Part shown: positions 55,577 to 64,000 of the stretch, piece by piece
Numbering within the stretch: position 1 is the first letter of the stretch
Layout of the letters: each line of letters opens with the position of its first letter
From: Candidatus Latescibacterota bacterium
GTDB lineage: Bacteria > Krumholzibacteriota > Krumholzibacteriia > WVZY01 > JAKEHA01
Direction: 5' to 3'
Assembly: GCA_963736125.1 (NCBI GenBank)
Contig: CAVTNQ010000002.1
Coordinates: 741,630-805,629 of the forward strand
DNA: 64,000 bases
Notes under the pieces: model-generated
What the model saw: the letters and a program-made list of their open reading frames with translations, nothing else
The model's database searches: none
What the model was told of the DNA's origin: nothing
Position numbers and translations under genes: made by a program

Positions 55577-55989
55577 ACTGGCGACTCATCCTCGCGCTGT
55601 GCGTGTTCGGGCCCGTCGTCGGCGCGCTCACCGTACTCGGCGTGTTCCCGAAGGGCGCCGACCGCTTCGTGTGGTTCTTCGTGGTGGCCACGTGCGCGGT
55701 GACGGTGGCCAAGAAGGAACCCGCGCGCGCTCTCCAGCACGGGGCAATCGTCGGGTTCGTCAACGGCGCTCTGTCCACGCTGGTGCAGGCGTTCTTCGTC
55801 AAGGCCCTGGCCGCCAACAACCCGTGGATGGTCGAAGCCATGGCGGACCAGCCGGCCGGCTTCGACTTCCAGTTTTTCGTCTTCATGCTCGTCCCCTTTA
55901 TCGGCGTGGCCGGAGGGGCGATGACGGGGCTTTTGTCGATGCTGACGGTGCGCGCCTTGGCCGCTCGCAACGCCCCTCGGGAACCCTAG
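55573..55989 (+). CDS. Hypothetical membrane protein (about 4 TM)
   Basis: ATGA overlap with the DMT gene, hydrophobic, with typical codon usage. Confidence 0.7.
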   Translation: MNWRLILALCVFGPVVGALTVLGVFPKGADRFVWFFVVATCAVTVAKKEPARALQHGAIVGFVNGALSTLVQAFFVKALAANNPWMVEAMADQPAGFDFQFFVFMLVPFIGVAGGAMTGLLSMLTVRALAARNAPREP

Positions 55990-56049
55990 GTCGCCCGCGC
56001 CGGGTTGTCCCTTGACAATGTGCGCCGTATCCTCAACGCTCACCTCCCG

Positions 56050-57533
<1,484 letters not shown>

Positions 57534-57537
<4 letters not shown>

Positions 57538-58982
57538 ACGCGCTCAAGGATCGTTACCCCTACTACGTCGCCAACGCACCCGTCTACGCGAACGCCGACC
57601 TCGCCGTGACCGACAAGTATTCGGGGAAGGCGGCGACGCGCGTGGCGCTGGCCGACGATAACGCCGTGGACACCGCACTCGCGCGCGCGGTCGACGCGGT
57701 CGAGCCCATGCGCGCTCTGGCGGCCTACGAGCGCCGCGACGTCCTCGCGCATTGCGTGCGTCGCTTCACCGAACGCCAGGAAGAGCTGGCCTTGGCACTG
57801 TGCGTCGAAGCGGGCAAGCCCATTCGCGATTCGCGCGGCGAAGTGACGCGCCTGATCGACACCTTTCGCGTCGCGGCCGAAGAATCGGTGCGCATGGTGG
57901 GCGAGACCCTGCCGCTCGACATCTCGCCGCGCGCGCGCGACTATCGCGGCATGTGGAAGCGCGTGCCCGTCGGCGTGTGCTCGTTTATCACGCCGTTCAA
58001 CTTTCCGTTGAACTTGGTCGCGCACAAAGTGGCTCCCGCCCTCGCGGTGGGATGCCCGTTCGTCTTGAAGCCGGCCAGTGCGACACCCGTGGGGGCGCTG
58101 ATCATCGGAGAAGTCCTGGCCGAGACGAAGCTCCCGCGCGGCGCGTTCTCGATTCTGCCGGTGCGCGGCGAGAAGGCGGCGCGCTTGGCCGAGGACCCGC
58201 GCATACGCCTGTTGAGCTTCACCGGCTCGCCCGTCGTCGGGTGGGACTTGAAGGCGCGGGCCGGAAAGAAGAAAGTGGTGCTCGAGCTGGGCGGCAACGC
58301 CGCCGTGATCGTCGACGAAGGTGTGGACCTCGGCGACGCGGTGGAGCGCATCGTATACGGTGCATTCTATCAATCGGGACAGAGCTGCATCAAAGCCCAG
58401 CGCGTGATCGTCCACGAGAACATCTACGACGAGTTCAAGCGTCGCTTGGTCGAAGCCACGGCCGCCCTGAAAATGGGCGACCCCAAGCAAGAGGACACCT
58501 TCATCGGCCCCATGATCTCGGAGGCCGAAGCCGAGCGATTGCACGGGTGGATCGCGCAAGCGGTGGAGCGCGGCGCGCGCGTATTGGTCGGCGGGGCGCG
58601 CACGGGTGCCATGCTGAATGCCACACTGCTCGAAAACGTCCCCCGGGATGCCGACGTGTGTGCGAAGGAAGCATTCGGACCGGTGGCGGTGCTGTCGACG
58701 TTTCGCGACTTCGACGCGGCCCTGGCCGAAGTGAACGACAGCGTCTACGGATTGCAGGCGGGCGTGTTCACGCGCGACCTGTATCGGGCCCACCGCGCGT
58801 GGGACCGTCTCGAAGTGGGTGCGGTGGTGGTGGGCGACGTGCCGTCGTGGCGCGTCGACCACATGCCGTACGGTGGTGTCAAAGAAAGCGGGCAGGGGCG
58901 CGAGGGAGTGCGGTTCGCCATGGAAGAAATGACGGAGATCCGTCTATTCGTCCTGCGCACGCCGCCCGCGCGATCCGACTAG
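57534..58982 (+). CDS. NAD(P)-dependent aldehyde dehydrogenase
   Basis: GTGA overlap with pyk. Motifs ITPFNFPLNLVAHK, FTGS, LELGGN, GQSC and EAFGP. Confidence 0.93.
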
Positions 58983-59023
58983 AAACTCGCTCGCGTAGCC
59001 CTATTCCAAAGGAGAGGCTTCGA

Positions 59024-60763
59024 ATGAAAAAATTCGTGCTCGTGTCGTGCGCGCTGCTGGTGATGGCGGCGGGCTTCGGATGTTCCAAGAAGGGAGGACC
59101 CAGCAAGGCCGACGCCGCCTTCGAGATGCTGGCCAAGGCGTACATCGAAACCGTGCTGCAGATGAATCCCGAGTCGGCCACCCTCCTTGGCGATCATCGC
59201 TTCGACGACAAGTTGACGGATCGCTCCGCCGCCGCGATCGCCGCACAGGTCGCCGTCAATAAGGAGTACCTCGGCAAGCTGGCCGCGATCGACGCCACCA
59301 AGTTGACCGACGTCAACGCGGTCGACTACGACATCATGAAGATCAATCTCGAAGCCGGCATCTTCCAAGCCGAAGAGCTGCGTGAGCACGAGTGGAATCC
59401 GCTCTATTACAATATGGGCGGCGCGGTCTATTCCTTGGTGTCGCGCGAGTTCGCGCCCATCGACAAGCGGCTGGCGTCGGTGCAGGCGCGGGTGGAAGGC
59501 ATCCCCGCGGTGTTGGCGCTGGCCAAGGCCCAGCTCCAGAACCCGCCCAAGGTGTTCACCGAAACCGCGATCATTCAGAACCAGGGCAACGTGAGCTTGT
59601 TGAAGGAAGAGTTGGCTCCGTTCATCCAGCAGGCGCCCGCGATGGAAGCGCAGCTCAAGCCGGCGATCGATGCGGCCGTCGCGGCCCTCGAAGACTACGG
59701 CACGTGGCTCGAGAAGGACCTGTTGCCGCGCTCGAACGGCGATTTTCGTTTGGGTGACGAGAAGTGGCGCAAGAAGCTGCGCTTCTCGCTGGATTCGGAT
59801 CTTTCGAAGGAAGAGATCTACGCACGTGCGACGGCCGACCTGAAGGCGACGCAGCAGGCGATGTACCAGACCGCTCTTCCGCTCTATAAGTCGCTCTTCC
59901 CCGAGGTCGTCGACCCCGCCCAGCTGGCCGACGTGAAGCTCGTCAACAAGGCGGTGCTCGACAAGCTGGCGGAGAATCACCCCGACAACGACACCATCGT
60001 GAAGAAGGCGGAGGCGACGCTCGAACAAGCGACCGCGTTCGTGCGTGACCACAAGCTCGTGACCGTCCCCACCGAGCCGGTGAAGATCATCGTGATGCCG
60101 GAGTTCCAGCGCGGCGTCGCGGTCGCGTACTGCGAAACGCCGGGTCCTTTGGAGCCGCAAGGCGAGACGTTCTATTCGATTTCTCCCACGCCCGCCACGT
60201 GGACGCCACAGCGCACGCAGTCGTTCTTCCGCGAATACAACGACTACATGCTCTACGATCTTACCGTGCACGAGGCCATGCCCGGCCACTACTTGCAGGG
60301 CACGCATTCGAATCAGTTCCACGCGCCGACCTTGATTCGCGCCATCTTCGCGAGCGGATCTTTTGCGGAAGGATGGGCCGTATACAGCGAGAAGTTCATG
60401 GCCGACGCCGGCTTCGGCGGTGACGAGGTGCGCATGCAGCAGCTCAAGATGCGCCTGCGCGTCATTATCAATGCCATCATCGACCAGAAGATCCATACCG
60501 AGGGCATGACCGAGGAAGACGCGATGGCCATGATGATGAACGAAGGCTACCAGGAAGACGGCGAAGCGGCCGGCAAGTGGCGACGCGCGTGCCTGTCATC
60601 CACCCAGCTGTCGACGTACTTCGTCGGGAGCGCGGAAATGGAGGACATTCGCAAGGCGTACGAAGCGAAGCACCCCAACCCGGATCTGCAGGTACTCCAC
60701 GACCAGATGCTGTCGTATGGGACGCCGGCACCGAAGTACGTCAAGCGCCTGATGGGGTTGTAG
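59024..60763 (+). CDS. DUF885 family lipoprotein (putative metallopeptidase)
   Basis: SD AAGGAG, lipobox-like GFGC, ATLLGDHRFD, HEAMPGHYLQ, EGWAVYSE and QLSTYFVG. Confidence 0.88.
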   Translation: MKKFVLVSCALLVMAAGFGCSKKGGPSKADAAFEMLAKAYIETVLQMNPESATLLGDHRFDDKLTDRSAAAIAAQVAVNKEYLGKLAAIDATKLTDVNAVDYDIMKINLEAGIFQAEELREHEWNPLYYNMGGAVYSLVSREFAPIDKRLASVQARVEGIPAVLALAKAQLQNPPKVFTETAIIQNQGNVSLLKEELAPFIQQAPAMEAQLKPAIDAAVAALEDYGTWLEKDLLPRSNGDFRLGDEKWRKKLRFSLDSDLSKEEIYARATADLKATQQAMYQTALPLYKSLFPEVVDPAQLADVKLVNKAVLDKLAENHPDNDTIVKKAEATLEQATAFVRDHKLVTVPTEPVKIIVMPEFQRGVAVAYCETPGPLEPQGETFYSISPTPATWTPQRTQSFFREYNDYMLYDLTVHEAMPGHYLQGTHSNQFHAPTLIRAIFASGSFAEGWAVYSEKFMADAGFGGDEVRMQQLKMRLRVIINAIIDQKIHTEGMTEEDAMAMMMNEGYQEDGEAAGKWRRACLSSTQLSTYFVGSAEMEDIRKAYEAKHPNPDLQVLHDQMLSYGTPAPKYVKRLMGL

Positions 60764-60872
60764 ACGCTCGCGCCGCCGCGTGGTAACGTGACGGCAGGAC
60801 GTGGGGCGCTGTATCGCGGGTCGATGCAGCGCCCCCGCCCGGCACACCACGCGGCCGCTGATGGGAGAAGAA

Positions 60873-62057
60873 ATGCCTGACCGTCCGTCTATTATTATCG
60901 GCGTTCCCCGGGAGACGTTTCCGGGCGAGACGCGCGTCGCGTTGGTTCCCGCCGTCGTGGCGGTGCTCGCCAAAGCGGGGGTACAGATCGTCGTCGAGCG
61001 CGGGGCCGGCGACGCTTCGGGCTATACCGACGCGGCCTTCGAAGCCAAGGGGGCCGTGCTCGCGTCGCGCGACGACGTGTTCGCGCGCGCCGGCGTCATC
61101 GTGCAGGTGCGCGTGGCCGGTGCCAATCGGTCGGCTGCCAAGGACGACGCGCGTCGCTACCGCCGCGGTCAGGTCGTGGTCGGCATGGCCGACCCGCTCG
61201 GCGAACCCGATGCGATCCGCGAATTCGCGGAGACGGGCGCGTCGCTCATGGCGCTCGAGCTCGTGCCGCGCATCACGCGCGCGCAAAGTATGGACGTCCT
61301 GTCGTCGATGGCGACCATCGCCGGCTACAAAGCCGTGCTCATGGCGGCCAACGCGCTGCCGCGCATGTTCCCGATGATGATGACGGCGGCGGGGACGATC
61401 ACGCCCGCGCGCGTGTTCGTGGTGGGCGCCGGTGTCGCCGGTTTGCAGGCCATCGCGTCGTCGAAGCGGCTCGGTGCGGTCGTGCACGCCTACGACGTCC
61501 GCCCCGCGGTGAAGGAACAGATCCAGAGCCTGGGGGCCAAGTTCGTCGAACTCCCCGTCGAAGCCGGCAACGCCGAAGACAAGGGCGGATACGCGCGCGA
61601 GCTGGGCGAAGAATTCTACCGCAAGCAGCGCGAGCTGATGGCGCGCGTGGTGGCCGAGAGCGACGTCGTCATAACGACCGCCATGATTCCCGGCAAGAAG
61701 GCGCCGGTCTTGATCACGAGCGAGATGCTGGAGAAGATGGCGCCGGGTTCGGTGGTGGTGGACTTGGCGGCCGAGCGCGGCGGCAACGTCGACGCCACGC
61801 GCGCGGGCGAAACCGTCCAGGTGGGCGGTGTGCGCGTCATAGGTGCCGTCAATCTGCCGGCCACGATGCCGTACCACGCGAGCCAGATGTACGCGCGCAA
61901 CGTCGCGACGTTCGTGCAGAACATGATCAAGGACGCGGCACTCGTGCTGTCGACCGACGACGAGATCGTGCGCGACACGCTGGTCGCCCACGGCGGCGAC
62001 GTCGTGCACGCCGGCATTCGCGAGCGACTGGGTCTGGCGACGGCGACCGCCCGGTAG
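60873..62057 (+). CDS. pntA: NAD(P) transhydrogenase subunit alpha, part 1 (soluble domain I)
   Basis: ETRVALVP, PRITRAQSMDVLSSMA, MMTAAGT, GAGVAGLQAI, GGYA and VDLAAERGGN. No TM region. Start 60861 or 60873. Confidence 0.92.
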   Translation: MPDRPSIIIGVPRETFPGETRVALVPAVVAVLAKAGVQIVVERGAGDASGYTDAAFEAKGAVLASRDDVFARAGVIVQVRVAGANRSAAKDDARRYRRGQVVVGMADPLGEPDAIREFAETGASLMALELVPRITRAQSMDVLSSMATIAGYKAVLMAANALPRMFPMMMTAAGTITPARVFVVGAGVAGLQAIASSKRLGAVVHAYDVRPAVKEQIQSLGAKFVELPVEAGNAEDKGGYARELGEEFYRKQRELMARVVAESDVVITTAMIPGKKAPVLITSEMLEKMAPGSVVVDLAAERGGNVDATRAGETVQVGGVRVIGAVNLPATMPYHASQMYARNVATFVQNMIKDAALVLSTDDEIVRDTLVAHGGDVVHAGIRERLGLATATAR

Positions 62058-62119
62058 CGCGCTCGTCCGGCGCCACGCCGGTCGCGAGCATTCCCTTTCA
62101 ACCGTTATCCACGAAGACT

Positions 62120-63193
62120 ATGAGGATCGGAATCATCGGTCTCCCACAGACCGGCAAGAAGACGTTGTTCACGCTCTTGGTCGGACCGGCGGCCCTCGCC
62201 GGGCACACCGACGCGCGCGCGGCGGCGCGCGGCATGGCCGACGTGCAAGACCCGCGCTTCGATCGTTTGGTGGCGCTGTACCAGCCGAAGCGCCAGGTGC
62301 GCGCGCGCCTCGAAGTCGTGCTGTGCCCGAGTGTGGAAGAAAACTCGCTTTCCGAGGGCGAAGCGCTCAAGGAAATCGCCGACGTCGACGCGCTGTGCCA
62401 GGTCGTGCGTGTGTTCGAGGACGACTCCGTGTACCACATCTGGGGCAACCCCGACCCCAAGCGCGAAGTCGATTTTCTGCACAACGAGATGGTGCTGCAC
62501 GACCTCGTCTTCATCGAGAAGCGCGTGGAGCGCATCGACAAGGGTCTCAAGAAGGGGAAAGACGACCGCGCAGAGAAAGAGCGGGCGCTCCTCGTGCGTT
62601 TCCGCGAGGCGCTGGAGAAGGAACGGCCGTTGCGGATGGTCGACGTATCCGCCGAAGACGCCACCCTCATCTCGAGCTATCCCTTCCTGACGCGCCGCGC
62701 CATCATCGTGGCGCTCAACGTGGCCGACGGAACGATCGCGGACACGAAGCTGCGCGACGCACTCGCCACCGCATACGAACCGCTGGGGGCCGGCGTGGTG
62801 CAGATCGCTGTGCGCGCCGAGTCGGAGATCGCGGCCCTCGAAGACCCCGCCGAACGCGCCGACTTCATGGGCGACCTGGGCATCGAAACCCCCGCGCTGC
62901 ACCTGCTCACGTCCAAGTGCATCGAAGCGCTGGGCCTGATGTCGTTCTTCACGGTCGGCGAAGACGAAGTGCGGCAGTGGTTCGTGCGCCGCGGTGCCTC
63001 GGCACCCGAGGCGGCCGGCGCCATCCATAGTGATCTGCAGCGCGGTTTCATTCGCGCCGAAGTGATGAAGTACGACGACCTGATCGCGGCCGGGAGCGAA
63101 GAGAAGCTCAAGACCACGGGCAAGTATTACCTCAAGGGCAAGGACTACGTGGTCGAAGACGGCGATATCCTCACCATCCGCTTCAACGTGTGA
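62120..63193 (+). CDS. YchF-like (Obg family, TGS/DUF933) protein with degenerate nucleotide-binding motifs
   Basis: FFTVGEDEVR.W, AAGAIHSD..GFIRAEV and GKDYVVEDGDI are typical of YchF. The P-loop reads GLPQTGKK. Confidence 0.85.
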   Translation: MRIGIIGLPQTGKKTLFTLLVGPAALAGHTDARAAARGMADVQDPRFDRLVALYQPKRQVRARLEVVLCPSVEENSLSEGEALKEIADVDALCQVVRVFEDDSVYHIWGNPDPKREVDFLHNEMVLHDLVFIEKRVERIDKGLKKGKDDRAEKERALLVRFREALEKERPLRMVDVSAEDATLISSYPFLTRRAIIVALNVADGTIADTKLRDALATAYEPLGAGVVQIAVRAESEIAALEDPAERADFMGDLGIETPALHLLTSKCIEALGLMSFFTVGEDEVRQWFVRRGASAPEAAGAIHSDLQRGFIRAEVMKYDDLIAAGSEEKLKTTGKYYLKGKDYVVEDGDILTIRFNV

Positions 63194-64000
63194 TGTCGAT
63201 CGTCGCCCTCAAGCCGAAACGCGACCGCGCGACCCGCCATCGTCACCCGTGGATTTTCGCGGCCAGCGTCGACTCGGTGACGGGTCACCCCGCGCCCGGC
63301 GACGTCGTGGACGTCGTCGACGCGCGCGGCGAACTCCTCGGACGCGGCTATTACAACGAGCAGTCGCGCATTCGCGTGCGTATGCTGACTTGGGACGACG
63401 CCCCCATCGGCACGGACTTCTGGCGCAAGCGCGTGGAGGCCGCCGCGCAGCGGCGCGAATCCCTAGCTCAAAGCCCCGACACCACCGCCTATCGCTTGAT
63501 CCACGCCGAAGCCGACCTCCTGCCCGGATTGATTGCCGACCGCTACGGCGACGTCGTGGTCGTGCAACTGCTCACCGCCGGTATCGAGGGCGCGCGCGAT
63601 GTGATCGTCGAAACGCTGTCGTCGCTGCGCGGTGTGCGGTGCCTGTTCGAGCGCAGCGACACCGCGTCGCGCTCGCGCGAAGGATTGCCGGCCGCGGTCG
63701 GTGCGCTGCGCGGCGAGTCAACGGGCACCGTCGAAGTGCTCGAGAATGGACACACCTTTCGAGTCAACATCGAGACCGGACAAAAGACCGGTTTCTATCT
63801 CGACCAGCGCGACAACCGTGCGATCGTCGCGTCGCACGCGCGCGGTCGCGACGTGCTGGATGCGTTTTGCCACACCGGGGCCTTCGCGGTGTACGCGGCA
63901 CGCGCGGGCGCCAAGTCGCTCTCGCTGGTGGATTCTTCGGCCCCGGCGCTCGCCACCGCACAATGGAACTTGGAGAAGAACGGCGCCGGCGAGGTCGCGG
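63193..64000 (+). CDS. RlmI-like 23S rRNA m5C1962 methyltransferase (partial, runs off the window)
   Basis: ATG overlaps the ychF stop. Motifs HPWIF (PUA), RLIHAEADLLPGL, GQKTGFYLDQRDNR and VLDAFCHTGAF. Confidence 0.88.
   Translation, partial: MSIVALKPKRDRATRHRHPWIFAASVDSVTGHPAPGDVVDVVDARGELLGRGYYNEQSRIRVRMLTWDDAPIGTDFWRKRVEAAAQRRESLAQSPDTTAYRLIHAEADLLPGLIADRYGDVVVVQLLTAGIEGARDVIVETLSSLRGVRCLFERSDTASRSREGLPAAVGALRGESTGTVEVLENGHTFRVNIETGQKTGFYLDQRDNRAIVASHARGRDVLDAFCHTGAFAVYAARAGAKSLSLVDSSAPALATAQWNLEKNGAGEVA

Noticed and set aside
57752-60763. 1003-aa ORF suggesting a large fusion protein
   Set aside because: The first ~424 codons are an off-frame overlap of the ALDH gene. The real DUF885 gene starts at ATG 59024 with its own SD and lipoprotein signal.
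62105-62113. DnaA-box-like TTATCCACG before the ychF-like gene
   Set aside because: It is a single box with one mismatch, with no cluster or AT-rich unwinding element, so it is not an origin.

Overview
High-GC (visually about 65-70%), gene-dense core-genome region of a diderm bacterium. The gene set would fit an FCB-type uncultured lineage such as Krumholzibacteria/Latescibacteria, but that is inference only. It holds about 65 CDSs, nearly all on the + strand. In order: a Dpp-type ABC cassette with an SH3-NlpC/P60 peptidase; a putative major outer-membrane beta-barrel behind a long structured leader; radC-mreBCD-mrdA-rodA; lgt and comF; gap-pgk-tpiA-secG-tRNA-Leu(GAG); trxA; a second peptide ABC cassette; fbp; an ECF sigma/anti-sigma/YbjQ operon; two Cys-containing secreted proteins of unknown function; a DUF4384-like protein; tolQRAB-pal-cpoB running into two CNNM genes, DUF1611 and a dipeptide epimerase; acpS; Hsp20; a phosphomannomutase; several peptidases; pyk-ALDH; a stand-alone pntA domain-I gene; a degenerate YchF; and a partial RlmI. 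I found no mobile element, CRISPR array, rRNA or defence island. The most unusual signals are non-coding: a ~320-nt multi-hairpin leader with a hidden 12-nt perfect anti-SD complement before the porin, a three-way-junction-like leader before gap, repeated leaderless promoter architecture, and candidate sigma54 and ECF promoters. All family assignments come from motif recognition by eye, not database searches.
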